From contig CAWVXU010000002.1 of NCBI GenBank assembly GCA_963934255.1, forward strand, positions 29,094-93,093: a DNA stretch of 64,000 nucleotides, written 5' to 3'. The number at the start of each line of letters is the position of its first letter. Position 1 is the first letter of the stretch. Shown in pieces: positions 37,416 to 49,292 of this stretch. A model generated the notes under the pieces. The model did not search any database and was not told the DNA's origin. It saw only the letters and a list, made by a program, of their open reading frames with translations. Source of the DNA: an uncultured Fibrobacterales bacterium (lineage in GTDB: Bacteria; Fibrobacterota; Fibrobacteria; Fibrobacterales; CAWVXU01). The translations under genes and the position numbers were made by a program.

Positions 37416-39686
37416 CTACTTCGCTTCTCCATCAGATTTTACGCCTGACTCTGAATCCGTTTTCGATTCTTGTTCTAGCTCAACTTGTGATTTGATATTT
37501 GCCATGACTTTTTCTGCTTCAGCTTCTACTTCAGGTTTCACAGTATTAATGACAGGAGTTTCTTTATCATCCCCCACTGTCGTATCTAGAGTAGTTCCTA
37601 AGGTTGTGCTTTCCTCTTCAGCTTTTTTCTTCTTGATTCGTTCGGCTTCAACTTTTTTAGCTTCGGTCATTGCTAAATACTGTCGAGTTTTCTTGGAAGA
37701 TGCTAATGTTTCACCTTCAAGTACTGCTAAAATTTCTTCGCGGTCAAGGACTTCATGCTCAAGCAGTGCTTCTGCTAAAGTGACTAAGGTTTCACGATGC
37801 TCAAAGAGAATCTTTTCTACCCTTAGCATTTGCTCTTCAATGATTTTGCGTACAACTTCATCAATAAGCACCGCAGTAGTTTCAGAGAAATTAGAAGTCT
37901 CACCCATGTCACGACCAAGGAATGGATCTTGTTTTTTCTTAGAATAAACAATTGGTCCTAGCTCGTCAGTCATACCCCATTCAGTCACCATGCGCCGAGC
38001 AATATCGGTTGATCTTTCAATATCGTTAGAAGCACCAGTGTTTCTTTGGTCAAAAATCAAAATCTCTGCAGCTCTCCCGCCTAGTAAGATGGCGATTTGA
38101 TCTTCAAGATAACGTTTGTCCATCGTGTAGCGATCTTTCTCTGGTAGAGAGAAAGTGATGCCTAAAGCATGACCGCGTGGGATAATAGTTAATTTATGTA
38201 ATGTATCTGAGTGCTCCATTAGATGAGTAATAAGTGCGTGTCCAGCTTCATGATAAGCAGTTGTGCGGCGCTCTTCTTCACTCATCACGCGACTGCGACG
38301 TTCAGAACCAATCATCAATTTATCTTTGGCTTCTTCGAAGTCAATCATTGATACTTTATCAGCATTGTAACGAGCTGCCATAAGAGCTGCTTCATTAACA
38401 AGGTTCTCAATATCTGCACCAGACATTCCAGGAGTACCTTTGGCGATTACCATCGTATCGACATCATCAGCAATAGGAACTTTCCGCTTTTTCAAATGTA
38501 CTTGAAGGATTTCTTCACGACCTCTAGCATCTGGAGAGTCGACAACTATTTGACGGTCAAAACGACCCGGACGAAGTAATGCTTTATCTAGTACATCAGC
38601 ACGGTTGGTTGCTGCAATGAGAATGACACCCTCATTGCCTTCAAAGCCATCCATTTCAACAAGAAGTTGATTAAGAGTTTGTTCACGCTCATCGTGTCCA
38701 CCACCAACACCAGTGCCACGCTGACGACCGACTGCGTCAATTTCATCAATGAAAATAATACATGGTGCGTGTTTTTTACCATTTTCAAATAAGTCACGAA
38801 CGCGACTAGCACCAACTCCAACAAACATTTCAACAAAATCAGAACCTGACATTGAGAAGAATGGAACTGCTGCTTCTCCTGCAACAGCTTTAGCAAGAAG
38901 AGTTTTACCTGTACCTGGAGGCCCGAGTAACAAGGCGCCTTTAGGTATCTTACCACCAAGCTTGTTGTACTTATCTGGGTCTTTTAAGAAATGTACAACT
39001 TCTTCTAATTCGTTTTTCGCTTCGTCACAACCAGCTACATCATCAAATGATATTTGAGGACGGTTAGGGTCTAACATTTTGGCTTTACTTTTGCCGAAAT
39101 TAAATATTCCACGACCACCGCCAGGACCTGACTGTCTCATCGTCATAAACCAAAATAATCCAATGAATAATAAAAATGGTAGGAATGACAATATAGACTC
39201 AAACCAATGTTGAATATCGTGTACGACAACTACCTTAATCTTTTTGTCGACTTCCCACTTATTAATGAGTTCTTTATCAATATCGATGAGATAAGTTCTA
39301 AATGTTAAGTACTTGCCATCAGTGGTAGATCCACTAGTGAGGAAGCCACCACTTTGAGCGTCTGCATCCATTTCTTCAGGACTCAGTAATTTCTTACCTG
39401 TGATTTGAAATGCATCAGATGTACGTTGAATTTTTAATTCATTAATATCAACTTCAGTTCCTGACATCCAAGCCAGGAATTCGGTGCGATCAATTTCTTT
39501 GATCTTCTCATTGGAATAGGCTGAAAGAAGATAGAGCGCTGCTGCAATGCCAATAAACAGCAAAATAAGGTTTTTGTTTTTATTTGAGGGCGGTTGTTCA
39601 CTCGTTGGACCCGATTCTTTTCCTTTAGGGGGAATCAATGGACGAGATGGTGGTTTTACTTCTCTTTTTTTCTTTTGTTCTGACAT
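37416..39686 (-). CDS. ftsH: ATP-dependent zinc metalloprotease FtsH
   Basis: [21 protein letters not shown]. Confidence 0.98.
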   Translation of the reverse strand: MSEQKKKREVKPPSRPLIPPKGKESGPTSEQPPSNKNKNLILLFIGIAAALYLLSAYSNEKIKEIDRTEFLAWMSGTEVDINELKIQRTSDAFQITGKKLLSPEEMDADAQSGGFLTSGSTTDGKYLTFRTYLIDIDKELINKWEVDKKIKVVVVHDIQHWFESILSFLPFLLFIGLFWFMTMRQSGPGGGRGIFNFGKSKAKMLDPNRPQISFDDVAGCDEAKNELEEVVHFLKDPDKYNKLGGKIPKGALLLGPPGTGKTLLAKAVAGEAAVPFFSMSGSDFVEMFVGVGASRVRDLFENGKKHAPCIIFIDEIDAVGRQRGTGVGGGHDEREQTLNQLLVEMDGFEGNEGVILIAATNRADVLDKALLRPGRFDRQIVVDSPDARGREEILQVHLKKRKVPIADDVDTMVIAKGTPGMSGADIENLVNEAALMAARYNADKVSMIDFEEAKDKLMIGSERRSRVMSEEERRTTAYHEAGHALITHLMEHSDTLHKLTIIPRGHALGITFSLPEKDRYTMDKRYLEDQIAILLGGRAAEILIFDQRNTGASNDIERSTDIARRMVTEWGMTDELGPIVYSKKKQDPFLGRDMGETSNFSETTAVLIDEVVRKIIEEQMLRVEKILFEHRETLVTLAEALLEHEVLDREEILAVLEGETLASSKKTRQYLAMTEAKKVEAERIKKKKAEEESTTLGTTLDTTVGDDKETPVINTVKPEVEAEAEKVMANIKSQVELEQESKTDSESGVKSDGEAK

Positions 39687-41134
39687 ACTAATTTTAGCTT
39701 CACTTTATTGGTTGAAGGAGTGCTGGTTTGATGTAAACCCGACACTCCCCAGCCTGGTACCCACAGAACGCGATTTCCTTGAGCCACAAGGGGCAGATGG
39801 AATCGTTGGCTCGCAGGCACTTTGGCTTCATTTAAAAATTTCTTTAGAGTTCTACCTATATATCTCATGGGTGCAGGGCTAAAAAGATCTCCAGGTTGTC
39901 TCGTTCTTAAGACAATTGGCTCTCCTTCTAGCTCTAGCTCTATCAAGGTACAAAATCCATTTGGATCAAACCCCTCAGCTTCAGATGAAGGGTTCGTTTG
40001 AGTTTCTAAAAAGTACATTTTTGACCCTAAAACCGCTGTAACAGAAGTTCCAATCATGCATTTTTCAGCAAAACCAACGGAAAACGAAGGTTTTTCAATC
40101 AATTTAAGAGCCTTTGCCCCGTTATTAGCTTGAAACCGCTCCAAAATCCATTGATTTGAAAGCGGAAAACTCATCTTCTGCCCTTCGATCCACCATTTTT
40201 TTACCTCTTTTATAAAGCTTTCCGACCAATAAATTGAAAAACCGGGGTGATTTTCAAAATGCATTTGGACAAATAAATAGACCCAGGTATCTTCTTGAGC
40301 TAAAATCTCAGCCCAATTGAGCACACTCAGCTCCTCAGGGGTATTGCCATAGGAATCAAGGTCATTTTCAATATGGTGCCATATCGATTCTAATTTTTGC
40401 GAAATTCTTAACAAAGTTAAATCTTGCTTTTTATCCTCATACTTATTTTGAGATAAAACGGCTTGAGCTTCATTCATGTGGTTGCGCCCTTGATGACGCC
40501 AAAAATTCCGTTTGAATGTTAGATCTTGGTTGCTCGAATCCTCACGCCAATGTACTTGGTGTTTATGAGCCCATGCCACTATCTCGGCACGTGTTTCTTG
40601 TAAGAGTGGACGCCTCAGAATTACATTATTTAAAAGTCTTGTTTGAGGGATACCTAAAAGTCCTCGAATTCCAGTGCCGCGCTCAAGTCTCATCCAGAGA
40701 GTTTCAATTTGATCATCTTGGTGGTGAGCCATCCAAATTTCATCTAGATTATAATCACTGCTCGCTTTTTCATAAAACGCGTAGCGAACATCTCGAGCCC
40801 ATGTTTCGATACTTCCCTTTTTTTTGAATTGAGGAAAATCCGCCGCATTTTTCGTGTAAAAGTCAAACCCAAATTCATTTGATTTTGTTTGAACTAGTTC
40901 AAGGTCAAGAGGCGCTTCGAGACGTAATTGATGATTGAGGTGGATTACTACAAATTGAGTTTTATCAAGCAATTGATTGTCGAAGATACTTTGAGATAAA
41001 TTTTGGGCTCGGTATAACATTACCATGGAATCAACCCCGCCCGAGCAGGCAATTCCAATTCGTTTCACATTCACAGAAGCTCCATCTTTTGCTTTGTTGA
41101 ATGTTTTGTTATCCGCTTTCAATGGTCTTGTCAA
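39656..41134 (-). CDS. tilS: tRNA(Ile)-lysidine synthetase
   Basis: SGGVDS PP-loop, [19 protein letters not shown]. Confidence 0.94.
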   Translation of the reverse strand: MTRPLKADNKTFNKAKDGASVNVKRIGIACSGGVDSMVMLYRAQNLSQSIFDNQLLDKTQFVVIHLNHQLRLEAPLDLELVQTKSNEFGFDFYTKNAADFPQFKKKGSIETWARDVRYAFYEKASSDYNLDEIWMAHHQDDQIETLWMRLERGTGIRGLLGIPQTRLLNNVILRRPLLQETRAEIVAWAHKHQVHWREDSSNQDLTFKRNFWRHQGRNHMNEAQAVLSQNKYEDKKQDLTLLRISQKLESIWHHIENDLDSYGNTPEELSVLNWAEILAQEDTWVYLFVQMHFENHPGFSIYWSESFIKEVKKWWIEGQKMSFPLSNQWILERFQANNGAKALKLIEKPSFSVGFAEKCMIGTSVTAVLGSKMYFLETQTNPSSEAEGFDPNGFCTLIELELEGEPIVLRTRQPGDLFSPAPMRYIGRTLKKFLNEAKVPASQRFHLPLVAQGNRVLWVPGWGVSGLHQTSTPSTNKVKLKLVCQNKRKKEK

Positions 41135-41138
41135 AATT

Positions 41139-42086
41139 CTAAAAAGCTAAATTGGGTTGAATCAAGAAACTAATACCTGAATCATCTTTGACTTGAGAAG
41201 ATAACCACCCTTTATAACCCGTCGGGTCTTGACGCAAGACGCCCAGCGCAAGAGAAAAAACGTATTTGCCTTCAGCAAAAGGAACTTTTTTACCATAAAG
41301 GGCAATATATCTCGTCATCTGAAGATCAGTTAAGAAATTGTGTAGATTCGCATCAAAACGAACTTCTAAAAAAGCATTCGTAGTTAAGGACCAACCTGTA
41401 TAGTCCCGATCTGTTTGATCTCTTTTAATTGAAAGAAAAAGAGAATTATTTATCAATTCATGTGAATGAAGCTTGCCACCCATCCTAAAAGACCATGAAA
41501 AATCTTTAGTCTCTTGTATAGCTGAGCCCTTCAGCTTGAATTCACCTTCAGCCCAATAATCTTCATACATGTTATTTTTGAGAATATGATAATTGCCCAT
41601 GTTTAATAATGCACCACCATAACCAATGCCTTTAATATCACCCGTCTCGTAATCACCCATATAGACTTTATTTCCAAAAAAAAAGCTCACAGCGCCAGGA
41701 TCAGGAAACCCTACTGTGGCAGCCTCAACCAGATTTAATTCATCTGATACCCCTGCTTGATTATAAGTTTTATTTTGGCGACCTTTGAGATAAGCACCCA
41801 TTAAAGGAAGTGGGTTCGTACTCAATTCCAAACGCATAGTAGAAGGTTTGTAGAAGTTTTTGGCTAGATACCCATAGACTCCCTCCTCTAGTGTTACATC
41901 AAGGACCGTAGCTTCTTGCTCTCCAATAGGTAGCCCAAGCCCTGCACTAGTATAATAGGCGTCCACTCCAACATCAAATGACTTTGTTCTATTTTCGTCA
42001 AAAAACCAGGTCCAAGTCTTTGCTTGAACTTGGCTCACCAAGAAGTAAAGGGACAATGTCAAAATGACTTTTAGCTGAGTGTTCAT
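41139..42086 (-). CDS. Hypothetical exported, probably outer-membrane protein
   Basis: Signal peptide (VQA), beta-rich sequence, C-terminal Phe. Confidence 0.7.
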   Translation of the reverse strand: MNTQLKVILTLSLYFLVSQVQAKTWTWFFDENRTKSFDVGVDAYYTSAGLGLPIGEQEATVLDVTLEEGVYGYLAKNFYKPSTMRLELSTNPLPLMGAYLKGRQNKTYNQAGVSDELNLVEAATVGFPDPGAVSFFFGNKVYMGDYETGDIKGIGYGGALLNMGNYHILKNNMYEDYWAEGEFKLKGSAIQETKDFSWSFRMGGKLHSHELINNSLFLSIKRDQTDRDYTGWSLTTNAFLEVRFDANLHNFLTDLQMTRYIALYGKKVPFAEGKYVFSLALGVLRQDPTGYKGWLSSQVKDDSGISFLIQPNLAF

Positions 42087-42092
42087 ATTTAA

Positions 42093-43352
42093 TTACCCGC
42101 GAACCTGGCCGTCGCCTTTAACGATCCACTTGTACGTAGTTAAGCTCTCAACGCCCATAGGACCTCGAGCATGAAGTTTGTCAGTTGAGATGCCGACTTC
42201 TGCACCTAGGCCATACATCCCACCATCTGCAAAACGAGTCGAAGCGTTGGTCATCACTGAACTAGAATCAACACCTGCTACAAATAAATCTAGGATCGCT
42301 TGATCTTGTGCTACAATTGCTTCAGTATGGCCTGAACCAAAAGTATCAATGTGGTCAAGTGCACCATAAACATCATCAACAGATTTCACTGAAATTGCAT
42401 GGTCAAGATATTCAGTTGCGTATTCTTTGGCATCGGCCACAGTCACATGAGAATTCAATGTCTGTACATGCTCATCACCACAAATTTTAACACCTCTTTC
42501 AAGTAGAGCGTCAATGATGCTTTTTTGAAAATCAAGATTAAGGCGTTTATCCAAAATCAAGGTTTCAGCAGCATTACATACTCCCGTTCTATGGGTCTTG
42601 GCATTGATCACAATGTCTAAAGCTTTTTTATGATCAGCTGATGCATCAACATAGACATGGCATAGACCCTTATAGTGCTTAATAACAGGTATACGAGATT
42701 GTTCAACCACTGCTTTAATCAGGCTTTCGCCACCACGAGGGATGACTAAATCAATGTCTTGATCTCTTTGCAATAAGAGGCCAACAAGTTCACGATCAGT
42801 TTGTTCTACAAGTTGTACAGCGTTGACAGGGATTTTATTGGCAAGCAGCGCTTCTCTTACAATTTTAACCAGAATCATTGAAGAGTAAAATGACTCCTTA
42901 CCGCCTCGAAGGATGACAGCATTACCTGATTTAAGACAAAGAGCGGCACCATCAACTGTGACATTCGGACGAGATTCATAAATAAATAAAATAGAGCCAA
43001 TTGCGACTGAACGCTTTTCAATTTCAAGTCCATCAGCAGTCGTTGTCACGCCTAGGTTTTTATTGAGTGGATCTTCAAAACTTTCGATTTGATTGACAGC
43101 AGTTGAAATCCCTTGGATTGAATCAATAGTCAAGGTTAATCGATCAATCATTGCACCAGAGAGACCGTTTGCTTCAGCGGCTTTGAGGTCTTTAGCGTTT
43201 TCTGCCAAGATAGCATCTGTATTGTCAATTAAACCTTGAGCAATTGAGGCTAAGGCTTTGTTTCTCTGTTCATGAGAAATAGTTCTAAGTTCTCTTGAGG
43301 CGATACGTGTTTGTGTGCCTAATTTTTCAACAATATTTTCTAATGTGCTCAT
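42093..43352 (-). CDS. proA: Gamma-glutamyl phosphate reductase
   Basis: IYESRPNVT, VIPRGG, VCNAAET, NASTRFADG, HARGPMG. Confidence 0.97.
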   Translation of the reverse strand: MSTLENIVEKLGTQTRIASRELRTISHEQRNKALASIAQGLIDNTDAILAENAKDLKAAEANGLSGAMIDRLTLTIDSIQGISTAVNQIESFEDPLNKNLGVTTTADGLEIEKRSVAIGSILFIYESRPNVTVDGAALCLKSGNAVILRGGKESFYSSMILVKIVREALLANKIPVNAVQLVEQTDRELVGLLLQRDQDIDLVIPRGGESLIKAVVEQSRIPVIKHYKGLCHVYVDASADHKKALDIVINAKTHRTGVCNAAETLILDKRLNLDFQKSIIDALLERGVKICGDEHVQTLNSHVTVADAKEYATEYLDHAISVKSVDDVYGALDHIDTFGSGHTEAIVAQDQAILDLFVAGVDSSSVMTNASTRFADGGMYGLGAEVGISTDKLHARGPMGVESLTTYKWIVKGDGQVRG

Positions 43353-43480
43353 TTTAATCCTTTAAAGACTTCAGTCACTTATTATCATTCACAATAGTGA
43401 AGTCGTCTCTTATTTCTATAGTATATCATTTTTATTTTAAAATTACTGGTATGAACTTGACCTTTGAAACAGAGTTTCGA

Positions 43481-44632
43481 CTAGGTCAAGTACAAGTCAT
43501 TTCGATGGATGCAGATCGAAGGGTTTTTCTTGCCCTGACTTCCCACATGCTCTTCAATCCATTTGTTTATTTCGGGCTCTTTAAGGCCTGCCAAATCTGA
43601 AATCTCATCACTGCGATAACTCACAATCCCACGCGCAATAATAGCACCTTGAACTGATTGTATATTCACTAAGTCTCCTGAAGCAAACTCACCAACCGTT
43701 TCCTTGACACCCACAAGTAGGACAGATGACCTGCCGGCTTTAATAGCTTTAATTGCCCCATTATCAAGTACAATTGCAGATGTGGTGGTAGATACGAGTC
43801 CAATCCAACGCTTGCGCTGTGAAGTGTGCTCTGTTGATGGTAAGAAGAAAGTTCCGGCTTCAACTCCTTCAAGTAATTTAAAGGCATCGACTTCAAAGCC
43901 GTTGGCTAGAATGGACGCACAGCCTGCATCTGTGGCTTGTTTAATTGCTTGAAGCTTTGTTTGCATCCCACCGGTACTTATTTCAGAGCCTTTTCCACTA
44001 GCCATTTTCAAAATATTCTTGGTGACTTTGGCCACTACTGGAATTAATTTTGCTCCAGGATCATCTTTCGGGTTTGCATCATAAAGGCCGTTCTCATCTG
44101 TAAAAATAATGAGTAAATCGGCATTGAGAAAATGAGTAACATCTGCGCTTAATTTGTCATTGTCACCCACTTTAATTTCTTCAATAGCAACAGAATCATT
44201 CTCATTAATAAGAGGAACGCAATCTTCGGCTAATAATGCTTCAATAGTATTGTTGATGTTATTATAGCGTGAACGGATCCTGAAATCTTCAGCTGATAAA
44301 AGAATCTGGCCGATTTTGATGTTGTCACGTTTAAATAAATTTTGATACATGTGAGATAATTCGATTTGACCAATAGAAGCACATGCTTGCACTTTGCCCA
44401 TATCATCTGGTTTTACTTTGAGACCTAAACTAGCCATGCCAGCACCTACCGCACCGGAGCTGACCAGTACGACTTCACGGCCAGTCGATCTTATTGCAGT
44501 AATTGATTTGACGAGTTGTTGCATGAATCGACGGTTGAGATCCATTCTTTCCATATCTACTAAAAGTCTTGAGCCGACTTTTATAACAACACGCTTACTT
44601 TCTTTCAAATACTGATTTCTCAGGGTATTCAT
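43481..44632 (-). CDS. proB: Glutamate 5-kinase with PUA domain
   Basis: VIKVGS, VSSGAV, NENDSV, GDNDKLSA, TGGMQTK. Confidence 0.97.
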   Translation of the reverse strand: MNTLRNQYLKESKRVVIKVGSRLLVDMERMDLNRRFMQQLVKSITAIRSTGREVVLVSSGAVGAGMASLGLKVKPDDMGKVQACASIGQIELSHMYQNLFKRDNIKIGQILLSAEDFRIRSRYNNINNTIEALLAEDCVPLINENDSVAIEEIKVGDNDKLSADVTHFLNADLLIIFTDENGLYDANPKDDPGAKLIPVVAKVTKNILKMASGKGSEISTGGMQTKLQAIKQATDAGCASILANGFEVDAFKLLEGVEAGTFFLPSTEHTSQRKRWIGLVSTTTSAIVLDNGAIKAIKAGRSSVLLVGVKETVGEFASGDLVNIQSVQGAIIARGIVSYRSDEISDLAGLKEPEINKWIEEHVGSQGKKNPSICIHRNDLYLT

Positions 44633-44714
44633 TTTCACATCCTTCAAAAGGTGCCTTAAATCTATAAAATACCCCGTTTTATTTCAAAAATTTGAGTTAA
44701 AGCGTCTCAATTGG

Positions 44715-46247
44715 ATGATTTTACCTCAACAATACTCATATTCAAAAATTTTATCTCCACCCAAACTGTGGCTTTTAATACTGATCTGGTCGCTCATGTA
44801 TTCTAGCCTTTGGGCTCAAGATTATCAAGATGTTAGTTCGTGGGATATTGAGGCTGATTATGAAATGGGACTGATCGACTTTTCAGAAAAATCATGGCTC
44901 CTTGAATGGATAAATAATCCTGAAGTTTATTGCACTGAGGTTAAAAGTTATTACCCTGAAACCGTCTGTAAGGTTCTTGAGTTCCGTGATCAAGGTGAAA
45001 AGAGTAGATTAAATATTCAAAGTGATAGTACTCCCAACGTTCATTTGGCCACTCGTTATCGCGATGAAAGTTTTAGTGATCAATTGGGGTGGAGCCGTGA
45101 CGCATGGTATTTGAGACGAGAATTAAAAGAAAAAGGGGCTTTACAAATAAAGCATACTCAAGGTTTTGATTCTTTACGACTTCATAAAGCCAGGTATTTA
45201 ATTGAGTCTTCCCCTCAAGAATCAACATTAGAATTAGGTCATCTCAGGTCAAGTCAAATTTTACAACACTTTAATCTCACACCCTATACCCAAAACAGTC
45301 AAGCCCCTAGCGCGAGCCGCCTACACATTCATAGGTGGCAAAATGATGACTATATGCAAGGTTTCCGAATACAAAATGAATTCAATATTAAAGGGAATCA
45401 GACACAATATCGATTAGGCAGCAGCACTTACTACCCAGATCAGAATTATTCTTGGGCTGGGATTCATTTAGAAAATGTTGGGATTCAACTCCATCATCTG
45501 AGACAAAACAACCTAGATAGCCTGATAAGTCGGCAGAAGATTTTTTACCATAGCTTCCTTCAAATTGAAAATATGACTTTCTTATATGGTTCAACTTATC
45601 ATGGGGTTAAATCAAGATTTGATTACAGAGAGGGCCACTCACAATTGTATTACATGCGAGCAACTCAACTTGATCCTTATTTAAATTTACCCTACTTCTC
45701 CAAGTATCGACGTACGGGCCATCATTGGTTTTGGAGTCATCGAATTAACATTGGAGATTATAAACTTCAAAACCATTATCAGGAATCAAGATTAAACCAA
45801 GGAGGAATTCATAAATTCTACATGCGTAATACTCTTCAATACGACACATATTTACTGGACTATTTTTATAATCAAACTCAAAGTTATACGAGTGGTTTCA
45901 ATCATAGTTCGGGCTTAATGTCGACTTCGAAGATGAGTATGATTTATACTTTCAAAATAGAATTTAACCTACCTGCATTAAAAAATAATCCGCTAGTGAT
46001 GTCGCCAGAAGATATGGGTGTCAAAGCTTATTTAAAAACACAACAAAACGAACAAAGCTATACAATCTATCTTGTTTGGAAAAGTGAAGAGCCTGGTAGT
46101 AGCTATTGGAAAATTAAACAGAGCCTAAGACATCTAGAATCTAAGTATATTAAACGACAAATCAGTGGACAATTTCAAACGAGAATATTTGGCGAATTTC
46201 AAAGTGACACTTATCGATTTAGTCTTGATTTTCAAGAAAATTTTTAA
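44715..46247 (+). CDS. Hypothetical exported, possibly outer-membrane protein
   Basis: Signal-like leader, aromatic-rich strands, C-terminal Phe. Confidence 0.65.
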   Translation: MILPQQYSYSKILSPPKLWLLILIWSLMYSSLWAQDYQDVSSWDIEADYEMGLIDFSEKSWLLEWINNPEVYCTEVKSYYPETVCKVLEFRDQGEKSRLNIQSDSTPNVHLATRYRDESFSDQLGWSRDAWYLRRELKEKGALQIKHTQGFDSLRLHKARYLIESSPQESTLELGHLRSSQILQHFNLTPYTQNSQAPSASRLHIHRWQNDDYMQGFRIQNEFNIKGNQTQYRLGSSTYYPDQNYSWAGIHLENVGIQLHHLRQNNLDSLISRQKIFYHSFLQIENMTFLYGSTYHGVKSRFDYREGHSQLYYMRATQLDPYLNLPYFSKYRRTGHHWFWSHRINIGDYKLQNHYQESRLNQGGIHKFYMRNTLQYDTYLLDYFYNQTQSYTSGFNHSSGLMSTSKMSMIYTFKIEFNLPALKNNPLVMSPEDMGVKAYLKTQQNEQSYTIYLVWKSEEPGSSYWKIKQSLRHLESKYIKRQISGQFQTRIFGEFQSDTYRFSLDFQENF

Positions 46248-49189
46248 AATTGCTCCATCCAATATAAGTCAGCCGAGTCCCATTCAAGGTCTTCACCCTC
46301 CTCAATCAAACTAGATACCATTTCACGTATATCAGACTTAAATTTATCGTCTCCATGTAAGGAAGCTATGTAATAAAATGCAAGAACAGTTTCACGATCC
46401 AAAGTATAAATCTTATAGATTGTTTTGAGCTCCGAAAATGCTTCGTAAGCCATCACATAGTTTTTATTCCAAAGTGATTTCCAAAAAGTAAGCTCGACTT
46501 GGTACTCTGGCTCCAGGCTTTCAAAGTGTTTATCCAAAGACTCAATAATCCACAAAGTATCACGCATAGAATTAAATGGCTCACTCCTCCACTGCTGACG
46601 TACAAGCCCAAAAACAGTATCCATAGGTATGTCGGAATCTAAGGTGTCTTTTTCCCAAAAATAATGTTTTAAGGTCGCATCACGAAGCTTCCAATAATCA
46701 CCTTTGGCTGGCAGAGTCGAATAGTATTGCTTAGATTCTAAATATTTCATATCTACCCAAGCTTGCCATCTGAAGTCATCTGTCCTAAATCCACGCCATG
46801 CATTAGCATACTCATGAGCAAATCGAGCTTGCTCGGCACGATGGTCAACAAAGGGCTTAAATTCTGAATTGGGTGGAACAGATTCTAACCATTTCCCCCA
46901 TGACTTTTCTGTTGTGATTAATTGTTGAGGACCAAAGAAATCATAAGGGCGATGCATCTTTTCAAATTCATGAGCAATCGTGTCTGTCTCATCAAATCTT
47001 TCCACATTCATCCTCGGAAGTTTTGATGGACTAGCAACCATAATCACATCAGGATTTTGTGGTGTTTGATAAATATTGATGGCATCAAATTCTTGATGTA
47101 ATGCTCCGACAATAGACATCATCAAATCAGAATTAAACTCATAGAGTTGTAACCACTGAACCAAAAGGCCTTCGTCTGTTAGATAGCGTTGAATATGATG
47201 ATAAAATTCATGTGAAAATAATGACGAAACTCCACTCACCCAAGGGTTCGATGGTACACTAATAATCAAATCGTATTTTTTGTTGACTTTGTGAAAGAAG
47301 GTCCGTGCGTCATCTATATGAATTGTGATTCTGGGATCATTAAAAGCACGATCATTGTCAGGCATAAACCCTCGAGCCAGATCCACCATCTCACCTTCAA
47401 TTTCAATGACATCCAAGGACTCTAACATCGGATCTGCAAGTAAATACTGCGCGGTCACTCCTGAACCAAAACCTACAATTGCGGCTTTGTAAGGTCGATC
47501 AAACATCGACATAGGTATAAATGCTGTGGCGGCTTGAGTCAACTGATCGTGTTCAAGTGGTACATCTTTATCTTTGTAAACTGAGGCATCAGGCTTACCA
47601 TTGGTCTTGATGTACTTATGGACCGAGCTTTCATGAAATGAAATCGTCGCCGTTCGACCATGCCTGATTTCAATGTTTTCTCGACGGTCAAGTGGTTTGT
47701 GCCCTCGAAAAACGCCAGCTGTTATCGTGTGTGGATTATAATTCATTAAAATCGGCGGTAGCGCAAGTAGCAGAATAGTTACTTGAAACCCTACTTTTTT
47801 AACCACTGGATATCCGTAGTAAGACAGAAGTACCACACCAGTCAGAACATCTAAAATTCCCGCAATAACGATGGTCGCTTTGAGTTGAAGAAACGGAATC
47901 ATAACAAGGCCAGCTAGAGCGGCACCACAAATAGCACCGAAGGTGTTAAAGCCATAAACTTTACCCGTATAAGCCTCATCCTTCGTACGAGCCATCAAAA
48001 ACGAAGTCATTACCGGAAGAGTCATACCCGCAAAGAAACTTGTAGGAACCATCCATACTAAACACAAGAAGTATTTTAAAAAGCTCCACAACCAATAACC
48101 TTGAGTATTTGACTGGAACCAATGATTGGCCTCATTCATTATTTCTATAAAAAACGGAAACATCACTAAAGTTGAAAGTGCGCAAAGTCCCATGGCAAGT
48201 TGCACCCATGACATCAGCTGAATATGGTCTTTGTACTTTTTCATCCACTTGGTTGCAACATATGCACCAGCGGCGAGTCCAATCACAAATGCTGAAATCA
48301 TTAAATCAAATGAGTGAGTGCTTGAACCCATCATCAGAGATAGCATCCTGATCCAACCGACTTCATATATAAATGAAGTGAAGCCAGTGCCAAATGCAAT
48401 GAGTAGCCAGAGCTTGACTTCAGTCTTTACATTTTGGTCTTTAGGGTGAACATCCTCTAACTGAATTTGAGTAGCAGTTTCTGTTAGAGTCTCAGTAAGG
48501 TTTTCAATAGAAGATTCTTTTTGCGTTTCGGCTTCAATAGAACTGCTTTCATCCTCACTCGTAGAAATAATCTCATCTTGTCCACCCCAAATGAGCAGGC
48601 CACCAAAGACCAGTGCGATGAGGACATTTAAAGATCCAGCCAAGTATAAAGTTCCGTCGGTTCCTAACATCGGAATAGCAAAATAGGAGGCGAGTAAAAC
48701 GCCAAGGGCAGCACCTAGTGAGTTGGTAAAATACAGACGTGGTAAAGATTGAACTCCACTATCATTGTGGATCCTTGAAAGGCCAGCTGATACTAGTGGA
48801 AAGGTCATGCCAAGTAATATTGCCATGGGAAGTGTCGAAGATAAAACAAGTACGATTTTTAAACACTCAATCACGGGTGGTGACCAATTTGAACTGACAT
48901 CATAAAACCATGAGGTCCAGGTGAGGTACCAAGCGTGAAAAACAAATGCGCCAAATGCTACACCTAGCTCGACGACAATATAGGCTCTAAATAAATTTTT
49001 GATTCTAGGTAAAAGGCGAGCGGCTAAAAATGACCCTAGGCCAAGGCCGCCCATATAGATACAAAGTGTCCAGATTTGACCATAAGAGCTATGTCCAAGA
49101 AATAACTTGAGATATCTCGACCAAATAGCTTCATAAATTAAGCCAGCGATTCCCGAAAAGAAAAATATGATGTAGATCCAACGAGCCAT
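46244..49189 (-). CDS. Multi-TM spermidine-synthase-like fusion protein
   Basis: Two TM repeats (SGIAGLIYE, TSFIYEVGW); SAM-binding GFGSGVT, EIE, DDAR, PSNPW. Confidence 0.88.
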   Translation of the reverse strand: MARWIYIIFFFSGIAGLIYEAIWSRYLKLFLGHSSYGQIWTLCIYMGGLGLGSFLAARLLPRIKNLFRAYIVVELGVAFGAFVFHAWYLTWTSWFYDVSSNWSPPVIECLKIVLVLSSTLPMAILLGMTFPLVSAGLSRIHNDSGVQSLPRLYFTNSLGAALGVLLASYFAIPMLGTDGTLYLAGSLNVLIALVFGGLLIWGGQDEIISTSEDESSSIEAETQKESSIENLTETLTETATQIQLEDVHPKDQNVKTEVKLWLLIAFGTGFTSFIYEVGWIRMLSLMMGSSTHSFDLMISAFVIGLAAGAYVATKWMKKYKDHIQLMSWVQLAMGLCALSTLVMFPFFIEIMNEANHWFQSNTQGYWLWSFLKYFLCLVWMVPTSFFAGMTLPVMTSFLMARTKDEAYTGKVYGFNTFGAICGAALAGLVMIPFLQLKATIVIAGILDVLTGVVLLSYYGYPVVKKVGFQVTILLLALPPILMNYNPHTITAGVFRGHKPLDRRENIEIRHGRTATISFHESSVHKYIKTNGKPDASVYKDKDVPLEHDQLTQAATAFIPMSMFDRPYKAAIVGFGSGVTAQYLLADPMLESLDVIEIEGEMVDLARGFMPDNDRAFNDPRITIHIDDARTFFHKVNKKYDLIISVPSNPWVSGVSSLFSHEFYHHIQRYLTDEGLLVQWLQLYEFNSDLMMSIVGALHQEFDAINIYQTPQNPDVIMVASPSKLPRMNVERFDETDTIAHEFEKMHRPYDFFGPQQLITTEKSWGKWLESVPPNSEFKPFVDHRAEQARFAHEYANAWRGFRTDDFRWQAWVDMKYLESKQYYSTLPAKGDYWKLRDATLKHYFWEKDTLDSDIPMDTVFGLVRQQWRSEPFNSMRDTLWIIESLDKHFESLEPEYQVELTFWKSLWNKNYVMAYEAFSELKTIYKIYTLDRETVLAFYYIASLHGDDKFKSDIREMVSSLIEEGEDLEWDSADLYWMEQF

Positions 49190-49292
49190 TTAATTATGCT
49201 TTCCATGTCATTCAAGTTAACTTGCCCCTAACATAAGCTTAAATGTCAATTTTCGACCACAAAAAACCTAAAAATATTCAGAAAATGAGTTC

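Noticed and set aside
37357..37947. 196-aa plus-strand ORF
   Set aside because: Antisense shadow of ftsH with no recognisable motifs; the same applies to most short ORFs nested in carB, tonB, proB and fapA
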